Shown: positions 30,299 to 40,788 of the stretch, piece by piece
Layout: every line of letters begins with the position of its first letter
Position numbering within the stretch: position 1 is the first letter of the stretch
DNA from: a candidate division TM6 bacterium GW2011_GWF2_28_16
Lineage (GTDB): Bacteria; Patescibacteriota; Microgenomatia; UBA1400; PJMF01
Assembly: GCA_001029715.1 (NCBI GenBank)
Contig: CP011212.1
Location: 705,066 to 769,065, forward strand
Length of the DNA: 64,000 bases
Direction of reading: 5' to 3'
Program-made: the position numbers and the translations under genes
Notes under the pieces: model-generated
What the model saw: only the letters and a program-made list of their open reading frames with translations
What the model was told of the DNA's origin: nothing
Databases searched by the model: none

Positions 30299-31243
30299 AT
30301 GAAAACATTCGTAATTGGTCATCTCAAACCAGACACTGACTCTGTAGTCGCTGCTATGGCTCTTGCCAGCATGTACCAAAAAGTTGCCTGTTTTAATCGC
30401 CAAAACGCTGAGGCTGTCATTGCCGGTCCAATTAACCCTGAAACTGAATTTTTACTTAACAAATTTGGAATGAGCGCTCCACGAATTATCAGCGCAACCG
30501 ATTTAGCTAATGACGACCAGGTAGTTTTGGTCGATCACAATGAAGCAGATCAGCGTTTAGAGGGATTAAGCCAAAATCAAATTGTCGAAATCATCGACCA
30601 TCATAAAGTTAACCTTAATTTTGAACAACCAATCTTTTTGACTTTCAAAACCTGGGGCTCCTCCAACACTATCATTTATTTCATGATGAAGAAAAATGAT
30701 TTTGTGCCCGATCAAAAAATCGCTAGCTTAATGCTGGCTGCTATTTTGTCCGACACAGTTGGTTTTAAATCACCTACCTGCACCGCCAAAGACAAAGAGC
30801 TCGCTTTAGAATTAGCAAAGGTTGCAGGCATTGAAGATTTAGATGCTTTCAGCTTAGAGATTTTTAAAGCCAAATCAGATGTCAGCAAATTAAGCTGTGA
30901 AGAAATTGTTAAAAATGATTACAAGGTTTTTGATTTCGCTGGTCAAAAAGTGATGATCGACCAGCTCGAAACAGTTGAGCAAGAGAAAGTCCTTAGCGAG
31001 AAAAAGGCTTGTCTCCTAGAAGCAATGACAAAGGTCAAAACTGAACTCGCAGTTGACTCCATTTTTGTAGTCATTACCGACATCCTTAAAGTTAATAGCA
31101 AATTATTAATTCTTAACCAAGCAGCTGAAGACATTGCCCTTAAAGCCTTCGGTGGAGAAGTCAGTGAACAAGTTTTAGATATCGGTGCGCGCTTGTCTCG
31201 TAAAAAAGAAATCGCCCCGTTAATTGAAAGGGCAGTGAGCTAG
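30299..31243 (+). CDS. ppaC: Manganese-dependent inorganic pyrophosphatase (family II, DHH)
   Basis: GHLKPDTDS, LVDHN, IIDHH, SDT, SRKKE. Confidence 0.94.
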   Translation: MKTFVIGHLKPDTDSVVAAMALASMYQKVACFNRQNAEAVIAGPINPETEFLLNKFGMSAPRIISATDLANDDQVVLVDHNEADQRLEGLSQNQIVEIIDHHKVNLNFEQPIFLTFKTWGSSNTIIYFMMKKNDFVPDQKIASLMLAAILSDTVGFKSPTCTAKDKELALELAKVAGIEDLDAFSLEIFKAKSDVSKLSCEEIVKNDYKVFDFAGQKVMIDQLETVEQEKVLSEKKACLLEAMTKVKTELAVDSIFVVITDILKVNSKLLILNQAAEDIALKAFGGEVSEQVLDIGARLSRKKEIAPLIERAVS

Positions 31244-31378
31244 ATTTGCTCAAAGGCTCTTTGGCAGAGTAGGAGATTGTCTGCTAAAAGAGTTAAATAG
31301 AATTTTTGACTGGTTCATCAATCTATTTATCCATAACATAATCAATATATAAAATAATAGATCAATAAGTTAAATAAT

Positions 31379-34180
31379 ATGTCAGAAGATAACAAAAAAC
31401 AAACACCAAGCGTCAGCGTCGAAGAATTAGAGAAGGATGAAGAGATGATTGAAGAAGTTGAAGAGGCAGAAGAAGAAACAGAAAATGAAGTGGAGGATGA
31501 AGTTACAGAAACGACCGAAGCTACAAGTGAAATTTTGATCGAAACCCAAGAAGAAATTTCATCCAAAATGGGCACCATTGAAGAGAGCGCTTACGGAAAA
31601 CTCAAGCACACTTCCATCGTTAATGAGATGGAAAAATCTTACCTTGATTACGCAATGAGTGTCATTGTTTCTCGCGCTCTTCCTGACGTTCGTGATGGCC
31701 TTAAACCAGTCCACCGCCGTATTCTTTATTCCATGTTTAAATCCGGCATTCACTGGAACACTCCTTATAGAAAATCTGCTCGTATTGTTGGTGACGTTCT
31801 TGGTCGCTACCATCCACATGGTGACAGTGCAGTTTATATGGCCTTGGTCCGTTTAGCCCAAGAATTTAGTATGCGTTATCCATTGATCGATGGTCAGGGT
31901 AACTTTGGTTCAATTGACGGAGATAGCCCAGCTGCTATGCGTTACACTGAAGCTCGTAGTGCCAAAATCACCCAAGAACTTTTGGCTGATATTAACAAAG
32001 GTACAGTCGATTTCATTGACAACTTTGACGGTTCTACCAAAGAACCAACTGTTCTTCCAACCCGTATTCCTAACTTTTTGCTAATGGGTTCTGAGGGTAT
32101 TGCTGTGGGTATGGCTACTAAAATCCCACCTCATAATTTAGTTGAAACCTGCAACGCTATTACTGCCATGATCACCAAAGGCAAAGCTAGCACCGACCTT
32201 AAAATTGAAATTGGTGAAGAAAAACTCAGTTCAGATTCAGAATGTATTAGCGCTATTTTGCTAGCTGATCCAAATAGCCTAGCTGGCAAATTTGAAAGCG
32301 ATATTACTCACGAAGAATTGATGGAACACATTAAAGGACCAGATTTTCCAACTGCCGGTATTATCTACGATCAAAAATCTATTTCTGAGGCTTATCGAAC
32401 AGGCAGAGGTCGCATTGTTATTCGTGGTAAAGCCGCTATCGAAGAAGGTAAAAAAGATCAATTCATCATCGCTATCACAGAATTGCCATATCAGGTTAAT
32501 AAAGCTCGCTTGTTAATGAAAATTGCTGATTTAGTCCGCGATAAAAAAATCCTCGGTATTCGTAATTTACGAGATGACTCCGATCGTCAAGGCATGCAGA
32601 TTACCATCGAACTGAAAAAAGATGCTAGACCAAATGTAGTTCTCAACAAACTCTTTAAATATTCAGAGCTACAAAGCAGTTTTTCACTCAATATGGTTGC
32701 CCTCAATAGTGAAGGTACACCTTTATTGATGAACTTACGCCAAGTACTCCGTGAATACGTTATCCACCGCCAACTAGTAGTAGTTCGCCGTAGCCAAAAT
32801 GAACTCAAGGAGGCTCGCGACCGCGCTCACATTCTTGAAGGCTTAATCATTGCTTTGAATAATCTAGATGATGTCATTGATACCATCAGAAAATCCAAAG
32901 ACACTCCAACTGCACATGATTCCTTGATGAAGAAGTTTGGCTTGAGTGATATCCAGTCAACTGCCATTCTTGAAATGCAGCTCAAACGCCTTGCAGCTCT
33001 AGAGCGACAAAAAATTGAAGAAGAATATGCAGCCATCCAAGAAGCCATTGGCACCTTGATTCATTTACTCAATGATCCTGCCAAAGTATTGAAAAAAATC
33101 GCAGAAGAAACCAAAGAAATGGTCGATCTTTACGGAGATGAACGTCGCACTAAGATCATTAAAGGCAAAATTGGTGAATTCAATGAAGAAGATTTGATTG
33201 CTGAAGAATCAACTGTCATCACTTTGACTGAAAGTGGCTATATCAAACGTCTCAGTCCAGATGCTTTCCGCTCTCAATCTCGAGGTGGAAAAGGTAGCAA
33301 AGGCTTAAATATGAAAGCTGAAGATGTACTCAAATGCATCGTTACCTGCAACACTCATGACAATCTTTTTCTCTTTACCAATCAGGGTCGCGTTTTTGAG
33401 ATGAAATCCTACGAAATTCCAGACGCCAGCCGTCAAGCCAAGGGTACTGCCATTGTTAATATCCTTAATCTTAAGTCTGAGGAAAAAGTTTTATCTATCC
33501 TAGTCGTAGATCAAGAAGCTGACAAAGATAAGTTCATTACCTTGGCTACCAAAAATGGCTTAGTCAAGAAAACCGCTCTCAAACTTTTCAACAATATTCG
33601 TCAAAGTGGCATCGTGGCCATTATCCTCAATGAAGGCGACGAATTAGTCTGGGGCAAGATCACCACTGGCATGGATCACATTATGCTAATTACTCATGAT
33701 GGGAAATCAATTCGCTTCAGTGAAGAAGAAGTCAAATCTTCTCAAAGAGACACTAAGGGTGTTAAGGGAATTACTTTAAAAACTGGTGACTCCGTCATTG
33801 GCGTTGAGGTTTTTGAAGATAACAAAGAAGTTCTCAAAGAGAATAGCTTATTACTCATCACTGAAAATGGCATGGGCAAACGCACTCTTCTAGAGAGTTA
33901 TCCACTCCAAAAACGTTCCGGTCTTGGCGTCAAAGTCTCAGAAATCACCAAGCGTACCGGTAAAGTGGCCGCCGCCAAAATGGTTTCCGACCTCAATAAA
34001 GAAGTGGTCATTAGCACTAAACTGGGTAAAGCTATCAAAATGCCAATCAGCAAAAGTTCTATTCCTACTTTGACCAGACCCACTCAAGGAGTTATCCTAA
34101 TGAAAATGAGTGATAATGACCAAGTAGTGGCAGTGGCTTTAACCATTGAGGATGGTGACGAAGAGAACGAAATAAATTAG
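31379..34180 (+). CDS. gyrA: DNA gyrase subunit A with acidic N-terminal extension
   Basis: [23 protein letters not shown], GyrA-box QSRGGKG. Confidence 0.97.
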   Translation: MSEDNKKQTPSVSVEELEKDEEMIEEVEEAEEETENEVEDEVTETTEATSEILIETQEEISSKMGTIEESAYGKLKHTSIVNEMEKSYLDYAMSVIVSRALPDVRDGLKPVHRRILYSMFKSGIHWNTPYRKSARIVGDVLGRYHPHGDSAVYMALVRLAQEFSMRYPLIDGQGNFGSIDGDSPAAMRYTEARSAKITQELLADINKGTVDFIDNFDGSTKEPTVLPTRIPNFLLMGSEGIAVGMATKIPPHNLVETCNAITAMITKGKASTDLKIEIGEEKLSSDSECISAILLADPNSLAGKFESDITHEELMEHIKGPDFPTAGIIYDQKSISEAYRTGRGRIVIRGKAAIEEGKKDQFIIAITELPYQVNKARLLMKIADLVRDKKILGIRNLRDDSDRQGMQITIELKKDARPNVVLNKLFKYSELQSSFSLNMVALNSEGTPLLMNLRQVLREYVIHRQLVVVRRSQNELKEARDRAHILEGLIIALNNLDDVIDTIRKSKDTPTAHDSLMKKFGLSDIQSTAILEMQLKRLAALERQKIEEEYAAIQEAIGTLIHLLNDPAKVLKKIAEETKEMVDLYGDERRTKIIKGKIGEFNEEDLIAEESTVITLTESGYIKRLSPDAFRSQSRGGKGSKGLNMKAEDVLKCIVTCNTHDNLFLFTNQGRVFEMKSYEIPDASRQAKGTAIVNILNLKSEEKVLSILVVDQEADKDKFITLATKNGLVKKTALKLFNNIRQSGIVAIILNEGDELVWGKITTGMDHIMLITHDGKSIRFSEEEVKSSQRDTKGVKGITLKTGDSVIGVEVFEDNKEVLKENSLLLITENGMGKRTLLESYPLQKRSGLGVKVSEITKRTGKVAAAKMVSDLNKEVVISTKLGKAIKMPISKSSIPTLTRPTQGVILMKMSDNDQVVAVALTIEDGDEENEIN

Positions 34181-34476
34181 CTTGGTAAATTTATATTAAG
34201 CCATCTAATAATCTCGCTCTCTAATCTCTCCTCAGAGAAATTCGAAGAAAGATTATTAATCAAACGATCTATATTGCTTCTTTTTGTTACTAGATCGTTT
34301 TTTTTCAACCAATCTTGAAAATCATATTTAGAAACTAGAGGAGACTTTCGAACTCGAGAGTCTTTTGCAAAATAAATTTCCCAACACTTCTGGATAATTT
34401 GTTCTTTATCGATTCTTTTTTCGTCGTCTTCGCATGCAATAGCCTGATCAACGACTCTAAGTTTTTCTGCTTCCAC
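34177..34476 (-). CDS. Small hypothetical protein downstream of tRNA-Ala
   Basis: 99-aa ORF, GTG start with AAGGA upstream. Confidence 0.6.
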   Translation of the reverse strand: MEAEKLRVVDQAIACEDDEKRIDKEQIIQKCWEIYFAKDSRVRKSPLVSKYDFQDWLKKNDLVTKRSNIDRLINNLSSNFSEERLESEIIRWLNINLPS

Positions 34477-34497
34477 GGTTATTCCTTCTTAATTTAG

Positions 34498-34571
34498 TGG
34501 ACCGAAGGGGACTCGAACCCCTGACCTCTTCTATGCCATAGAAGCGCTCTAGCCAACTGAGCTATCGGCCC
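34498..34571 (-). tRNA. tRNA-Ala(GGC), CCA not encoded
   Basis: GGGCCGATAGCTCAGTTGGCTAGAGCG CTTCT-ATGGCAT-AGAAG AGGTCAGGGGTTCGAGTCCCCTTCGGTCCA; G3:U70 pair. Confidence 0.96.
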
Positions 34572-34633
34572 ATATTTTAACAAAAGGAATTTTAGCATTG
34601 TCGAAGAGAAAAGCCAAGTCATAATTGACCAAA

Positions 34634-35569
34634 TTACATTTTAGAATGAGTTTTATCGTAAACCTTCTTAAGCTGCGGTTGAGTAATGTGGGTATAGATC
34701 TGAGTGGTGGCAATGTTTTTATGTCCCAACATCTCTTGCACATCACGCAAACCAGCACCGTTAATCAATAAATCAGTCGCAAAACTATGTCTAATTCCAT
34801 GAGGACTCAGTTTTACAGTCAATCTAGCTCTGCGAGCATAATGATCCACAATGCGCTGCACACTACGACTAGTTAAACGCATTTCTTCACCATCCATCAA
34901 TAGATCGGGCTTCTTGCCAGAATAACGAATAAAAATTGGTCGCCAGTTATCTTTCCTCGAGTTCATATAGCGCTCTAGCCACATAGCCGCCCTTTCGCTC
35001 AAAAAAACCACTCTTGGTCTACGACCTTTACCAATCACCCCAAATTCGCGTCGCTTCAGATCAATTTGATCGCGATTGAGCCCAACTAATTCACTAACAC
35101 GTAAGCCAGTAGAGAAGAGTACCTCAAGAATAGCCTTGTCTCTCGCCCCCTCTTTGCTGGCCAAGTCAGGCTGAGCCAAGAGACGTTCAATCTCCTCAAT
35201 ATTCACAAATTGCATATGAGTTGATTCGCCCTTAGGTAAATCAATTTTTTCTGGATGCAAAACCTCCTGATCATTTTTAGTTAGCCATTTGAACCAAGAG
35301 CGCAAAGCAATTACATGATAGCTTTGTGTCTTTTTTGATAGGGTTCTTGACATATCGTCACAGTAACGCGCTAGGTAAATCCGATATTTACGCAAAATAT
35401 CACGATCCAATTCTTTAAGGTCACCATGACCATCTTCCTTGAACCAAACGTTAAAACGCCTCAAATAATGGCTATAATTGCGGATAGTCAAGCGACTAAG
35501 GTTCTTTTCCACCTCCAAGGACTCTAAAAAATCAATCAAGGCGATATCTGGATTAGTTTTATTACTCAT
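34634..35569 (-). CDS. Xer-family tyrosine recombinase
   Basis: STGLRVSEL, GKG, HGIRHSFAT, LGHKNIATTQIYTH (R-K-H-R-H-Y); XerC/D size and SAM-like N-terminus. Confidence 0.93.
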   Translation of the reverse strand: MSNKTNPDIALIDFLESLEVEKNLSRLTIRNYSHYLRRFNVWFKEDGHGDLKELDRDILRKYRIYLARYCDDMSRTLSKKTQSYHVIALRSWFKWLTKNDQEVLHPEKIDLPKGESTHMQFVNIEEIERLLAQPDLASKEGARDKAILEVLFSTGLRVSELVGLNRDQIDLKRREFGVIGKGRRPRVVFLSERAAMWLERYMNSRKDNWRPIFIRYSGKKPDLLMDGEEMRLTSRSVQRIVDHYARRARLTVKLSPHGIRHSFATDLLINGAGLRDVQEMLGHKNIATTQIYTHITQPQLKKVYDKTHSKM

Positions 35570-36434
35570 TGCATTTACTTCCTTCTTTACTCTACAATAA
35601 ATTTAAGATTGATGCACTAAGGCTTGCATTTTTAATCAGCTCACAAGAGTTGATGTGTTTTTTTCTTCAAATTTTCAAAATTGTTATCAGACACTGGCAG
35701 ACCATCTAATATTCTGCTAGAAACGCTTTTTAATCATTTATTACTATAGATCAGTCTTTTTTTGTATATAGACCAAAACACTTAGCTCGCTGAGAAATAT
35801 AAGATTCATACCAAAAAGGACTTAAGCCTCGATCTAAAAAATATGTAATTCCAAGAAAGCAAAAGGGGAGACTGCCCCACCCATCGGTCTAATTTATTAT
35901 TTAAGTCCATTGTGCTGAAGCTCATTTCGCAAACTTAGCATCCATTTGAAAAATAAATTGTGAAATAAAAAAATGAATTATGAAAATATTTTTCATTATC
36001 TAAAGTGCTTAAGCTCATTTCACAACAGAAATTTAAAATATTATCACAATGGTCATAATCTCCGCGATTGCATTACCCATCAGACTCTCATTTATTTTAA
36101 AAAGTACTAAAAATGCTGGAAAGCGTTCTTAACCAGGTTTCAAGCTGATTAGTTGCTCATCTATGAAGAAAAAAGCCGATTTTGGGCTTCTAAGAGCCTT
36201 ACTAGAGGTAAATACCTTGATATATCAATATAATTACCAATTGATCACGATTGGAGTTAACTAAACAACCAGATAGAACCAGGCTAAATCAGCCAAAACT
36301 AGGAACAATTTAGGAAAATTAAGAATGGGCAAGCACTAGAGAGAATAAAGGCAAAAAAGAATTGTTAAATGCCTAAACACCAGAGTAAATGAAGGCAAAA
36401 GATAAATCGATTTAAAAACACCTCTCGGCTTAAT

Positions 36435-36480
36435 TGATAGTTTATGTCGCAAAAGTTATATTGTGCGACATAAACTATCA
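36435..36480. other. Putative dif-like Xer recombination site (46-bp palindrome)
   Basis: TGATAGTTTATGTCGCAAAA-GTTATA-TTGTGCGACATAAACTATCA: 20-bp arms matching 19/20 around a 6-bp spacer; the 11-6-11 core resembles dif. Confidence 0.75.
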
Positions 36481-36821
36481 GAAGAAAATAAACCCCCTAT
36501 CGTTGGAGTAGCAGTGGTTTAAGAACTTTCTTTTATATGGTATTCAATCTCTTTTACGCTCACACATCCATTCCCTTTAAACTTCCCTTAAGAAAAAAGC
36601 TAATTAACCCTCCGCAACCCCTCCCTGGGGATATGCCTATTCGGGTTTTTTATTGATTTATCAGGTCTTTTTACATATATATCTATCCAGAATAGAAGCA
36701 CCAGGCCAAATCAGCTGAGAAAATTGAACACTTTAATAGCTCGGAGCTATTGCTGTACCAGATGTAATACAGGCTAAATTTATTTTTGCATACTTTTGCA
36801 ACAAGAAAACTAATTTAACAG

Positions 36822-36904
36822 TATCAAACTATATCATTTCAGGCTATAAAGTCCTATAACTATTGAGTTTTCCACAATTTTCACGACCATATCAAACTAT
36901 ATCA
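36822..36904. repeat. 15-bp direct repeat pair TATCAAACTATATCA
   Basis: Exact copies at 36822-36836 and 36890-36904. Confidence 0.8.
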
Positions 36905-37167
36905 CTCTGCCCTGTCTCCCCATGTATCCAAAAAAATTGCTAGCTCTTCCCTGTTTATTTTTTATAATATTTTTTCTTTTTTTGGAGCTTTTTTCTTATT
37001 TAAGACTTATCATGCCAGATTAAAAAGAGTTTTTGAAAGACTTTTAATTCCTTTTTACTAGCTATGGCAGAAAACCCGAAAAACCAGCTCTACCCTGTCT
37101 GGTTTATAGGCAAAAAGGATTGGTACATAAATCTTTTTTAGATATTAGTCAAGTTGGGGGATTTCGA

Positions 37168-37935
37168 TTACTTGCCTGGAAACATCAGGATAAAGAGCAC
37201 TATCATCAGAATAGCCACTAGATTATATTCATTAACGGTATTTTTGAATAAACGACCCTTAAAGAAACTTTGCAAAACACTCAAACCAACATATAAGAAA
37301 GACATAATAAAAAGCGCTTGATTCCAAATTTGCATTGGCAAAAATGAAAATAGGATGGCTAATTCAGTAAGAATAAGAGTGAAAATAAGTGAATAAAGAG
37401 CAATTTCTTTGTCAATTTTTTGCTTCAATTCAATTGACCAAAGTGAAGCCAATACCAGAGGAAAATGAGAGATAAACATCAAGATAGCATTGAGATAAAA
37501 AGGCAAACGCAGTGAAAAAATAACATTACTAAACAATAAAGAAGTAATCATGATAAAAAACAGAGCCACAGCGTGCGCTGCATATAAAAGCTGGATAGTA
37601 CGACCCTTAGCCACGGAGAAAATATTTGAAGTCAAAAACAAAGCGTACATGCCAATGCCAAAGATAGCTACAATCACTAAGCGGGACCAAAACATCTCAG
37701 GTAAAAGAAAATAGAACAAAGACACAGAGCTAGCATAAAGAGCCGGAAATGGCACTATTGTTAACCATTCATGTGAATGAAGATCATCAGAGAGTGCCCA
37801 AGCAGAACTAAAATAAGAGATGAGTAAAAAAATTGCTGTCGCTAAATAACGCCATTCGAGTGGAATGTATTGAGTCGCCAAAAGACTCAGACTAAGTAAA
37901 ACAGAAACAATAACAAATTTTTCTCTTCGGCGCAT
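37168..37935 (-). CDS. Polytopic membrane protein, function unknown
   Basis: 255 aa, many TM segments. Confidence 0.8.
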   Translation of the reverse strand: MRRREKFVIVSVLLSLSLLATQYIPLEWRYLATAIFLLISYFSSAWALSDDLHSHEWLTIVPFPALYASSVSLFYFLLPEMFWSRLVIVAIFGIGMYALFLTSNIFSVAKGRTIQLLYAAHAVALFFIMITSLLFSNVIFSLRLPFYLNAILMFISHFPLVLASLWSIELKQKIDKEIALYSLIFTLILTELAILFSFLPMQIWNQALFIMSFLYVGLSVLQSFFKGRLFKNTVNEYNLVAILMIVLFILMFPGK

Positions 37936-37939
37936 ATTA

Positions 37940-38494
37940 TTATTCTTCTAAAATATCACATGCTAAAAAAACATCTTCCACATCTTCATTATCTCTTAAG
38001 TTATCTGCCAATTCCATTAGTTTGACCAAATCCTCCTCGCTAACTGGAATTTTCATAGTTGGGATGAACTCCCCTTCTTGATTGCGTTCAAACATATATC
38101 TGGCGCTACCTGGAGAACCTAAAGAGCCACCGGCTTTACTCAAAGCAAAACGAATCTCAGAAGAGCTACGGTTGAGATTGTCAGTCAAAGCAACGATCAT
38201 CATCCCTACTCCACCTGGACCAAAACCCTCATAAACAATTTCCTGAATTTGGCTGGCATTCCCCTTGCCTAGAGCAACATCGATCGCCTTTTGAACTTTG
38301 GCGTTAGGCATATTTGCCATTCTGGCTTTATCGAGTATTAGACGTAAAGAAGGATTACTTTTTGGGTCGCCAGAATTAGCTTGTTTGGTAGCAGCTCTGA
38401 TCAAGCGAGACAGCTGACTGAAGATCTTGCTTTTGGCCTTATCTTGAGCCCCCTTACGATTTTTAATGTTATTCCATTTACTGTGACCTGACAT
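37940..38494 (-). CDS. yebC: YebC/PmpR family protein, short form
   Basis: MSGHSKWNNIK, YEGFGPGG, TDNLNR, EDVEDVF. Confidence 0.92.
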   Translation of the reverse strand: MSGHSKWNNIKNRKGAQDKAKSKIFSQLSRLIRAATKQANSGDPKSNPSLRLILDKARMANMPNAKVQKAIDVALGKGNASQIQEIVYEGFGPGGVGMMIVALTDNLNRSSSEIRFALSKAGGSLGSPGSARYMFERNQEGEFIPTMKIPVSEEDLVKLMELADNLRDNEDVEDVFLACDILEE

Positions 38495-38601
38495 ATGTCC
38501 CTATTATAGACCATTTTTAGCTGGGGCTAAGGATTAAGTATTACTTGACATTTAGGAGTAGGACTTGTAACATCTCTAAGATTTTAAAGGAAGGTTAAAA
38601 A

Positions 38602-39339
38602 ATGCAGAATCAAATGCTCCTGAGACAAGAAGCTATCAATGCAGCGAAAAATTCAGACTGGCAAAAAGCCATTTTAATCAACCAGGAAATTATTCAAAAT
38701 TACGGCAATGATCTGGAAGCAATGAATCGTTTAGGTCTCGCCTTTCTCAAAAACAAAAAAGAAAATGAAGCTAAAAAAGTTTTTAAGCAAGTCTTAGAAC
38801 TAGATAGTTCAAATATTATCGCCAATAAACATTTAAATAAAATCAAGAATAAAGAAATCAGTGCCGATATTATTTTTGACCGAGATAATGATTTTATTGA
38901 AGAACCAGGGAAAAGTAAAATCGTTACTCTCCATCGTCTGGCTGGCAAGGATCAATTACAAAAGCTTAAAGTTGGTCAAGGCTGTTCCCTCCAATTAAAA
39001 AACAGATATATCAGTGTAGTTGATGAAAATAATAAACATATTGGTGCTTTACCAGAAGATATTTCCTTTCGTTTGAGTAAACTCATTACCAATGGTAACG
39101 AGTATCGCTGTGTGATCTATAAAATCAACGAAAAACAATGTTTAGTACAGATTAAAGAAACCTTGCGCTCCAAAAAAAATGAACAATTTGTTTCCTTCCC
39201 TAGCAAAATGCAGAGCAATTTGGTTATTCCAGACGACTTCGTTTTGGAAGAAGATATTCCTTTTGAAGTCACTAATGACGAAGAAGCTGAAGAAGATTTA
39301 GAGTTGGCCATGGAAAAGATCAACAAAAAAGACGTATAA
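38602..39339 (+). CDS. TPR-repeat protein with C-terminal HIRAN-like region
   Basis: AMNRLGLAF...VLELDSSN TPR pattern; HIGALP motif; acidic tail. Confidence 0.7.
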   Translation: MQNQMLLRQEAINAAKNSDWQKAILINQEIIQNYGNDLEAMNRLGLAFLKNKKENEAKKVFKQVLELDSSNIIANKHLNKIKNKEISADIIFDRDNDFIEEPGKSKIVTLHRLAGKDQLQKLKVGQGCSLQLKNRYISVVDENNKHIGALPEDISFRLSKLITNGNEYRCVIYKINEKQCLVQIKETLRSKKNEQFVSFPSKMQSNLVIPDDFVLEEDIPFEVTNDEEAEEDLELAMEKINKKDV

Positions 39340-40143
39340 ATCAGCTAAATCCCTCCCGATATAAATCACCATTGCTGATCGATTTTCAAGAGTTTCATTT
39401 TTGTCAGCCATGATTAAACTTTGGGGTAAAATTTTATCCAATTTTTTAAGAAGCTGAGTACAGCTCTCCTCCTCTGGATTGTAAATTATTTTTGTTTGTT
39501 CTAGATTCTCCGCATTATTGTCTTTTTTAATAATTGAAAAAGAACTTTTTTCAAGTATTTTTGACAAAGAACTAGCAAGTCCCGCCTCACCAGTAGTATT
39601 AATTAGAGCGACTGGACAATCAAAAACTGGTTTAACCATATAATTAATTTCTTGCTCATAATCTTGCTCTCGCCATAAAAGTTCCTGATCCCTAAGAAAA
39701 AAATAATAAATTTTTTGATCTTTGAAAAAATCTAACAAGCTCTGTTTGTCTAAATTAGCAGATGGATATTCATAACTTTGGTCAAAAGCCGTGTCTAAAA
39801 GAAAAGAATAAATTAGTTTTTCTTCTGTATCACCAGATAAACTTGCTTCTTTCTCTAAAGCACTCAAGTCAAAATTTCTTTGCCTTAAATCAGTAACAAG
39901 CAATTGTTTATTGTCGGCATTAAAAAATAAAATTGCCAAAGGCTGATGATCCTTAACAAGAAGAACTCTTTGATTTTCTTTTAATCTAAAAAGTTTGCTC
40001 AACTCAATTTTGATTGCTAAAAATGATAAGAGAAGTACTAGAACTACCAAGCCAAGTGAAATTAATAGTTTTTGATTAAGCTTAATCTTTTTTTTCTGAT
40101 TAGACTTTTTGCTTTTCTTGTTTGGGCAGTAATCGTGCAACAT
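39298..40143 (-). CDS. Membrane protein with LytR C-terminal domain
   Basis: INTTGEAGLA...TKIIY...IYIGRD LytR_C pattern. Confidence 0.75.
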   Translation of the reverse strand: MLHDYCPNKKSKKSNQKKKIKLNQKLLISLGLVVLVLLLSFLAIKIELSKLFRLKENQRVLLVKDHQPLAILFFNADNKQLLVTDLRQRNFDLSALEKEASLSGDTEEKLIYSFLLDTAFDQSYEYPSANLDKQSLLDFFKDQKIYYFFLRDQELLWREQDYEQEINYMVKPVFDCPVALINTTGEAGLASSLSKILEKSSFSIIKKDNNAENLEQTKIIYNPEEESCTQLLKKLDKILPQSLIMADKNETLENRSAMVIYIGRDLADLYVFFVDLFHGQL

Positions 40144-40160
40144 CCAACATCCATGCTACA

Positions 40161-40190
40161 AAAAAGCCCGCTCTCTAGCAAGCGGGCTTA
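40161..40190 (-). terminator. Intrinsic terminator of rpsB-tsf
   Basis: AAGCCCGCT...AGCGGGCTT stem followed by a T-run on the minus strand. Confidence 0.8.
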
Positions 40191-40212
40191 TTTATAAATT
40201 TCTTAAAAATTC

Positions 40213-40671
40213 TTAAGACTCGATAGCATAACGCTCAAATCTACTCAGAGTCATCTTTTCACCAATTTTACCACTGAGAGTTTTGATAACTAATTCGATT
40301 GTTTTTTCTGAATCCTTAATGGAATCCTGTTGCAATAAATCCTCAACGCTTTCTGCACCCATAGCAGCAACTTGCATAGCAATGTCACGCACCATTTGGC
40401 GGAATTCTTCATTAGCGGCTACAAAATCAGTTTCGCAAAGCATTTCCACCATAGCGGCAACCATGCCAGTGTTGTGAGTATAAGTGGCTATATAACCAAC
40501 CTTAGTCTCACGATCCTGAATCTTGTCTGCTTTAGCTAAACCTTTGGCCTCAACAGCAGCAACGGCTTTATCTAAATCGCCATCAGCTTCTTGCAAAGCT
40601 TTTTGACAATCTAAAATTCTAGCACCAGTAAGTTCTCTGAGTTTTTTGATTTGATCCATGGAAATAGGCAT
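40213..40671 (-). CDS. tsf: Elongation factor Ts, short form
   Basis: IKKLRELTGA, CETDFVA, KIGEKM; 152 aa. Confidence 0.95.
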   Translation of the reverse strand: MPISMDQIKKLRELTGARILDCQKALQEADGDLDKAVAAVEAKGLAKADKIQDRETKVGYIATYTHNTGMVAAMVEMLCETDFVAANEEFRQMVRDIAMQVAAMGAESVEDLLQQDSIKDSEKTIELVIKTLSGKIGEKMTLSRFERYAIES

Positions 40672-40788
40672 ATCGTCATAATTTAATCTTCCTCCTCGTG
40701 ATCTCTTGAGTGAAGACGTTCACTCAGGTGATCAAATGCATCGTCAGATTAAATTACTCCTTTCTTTATAATTTATTATTTGTGTTAC

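Noticed and set aside
35900-36910. CRISPR array
   Set aside because: Repeats occur only 2-3 times, are of different families, are irregularly spaced, and no cas genes are present
34177-37167. Integrative element or prophage (tRNA next to a tyrosine recombinase)
   Set aside because: The recombinase is Xer-like in size and motifs, no duplicated tRNA 3' end was seen nearby, and there are no cargo, phage or conjugation genes
35570-37167. oriC
   Set aside because: Only one clear DnaA-box match (36868) and no dnaA/dnaN adjacent; the dif-like site explains the region better
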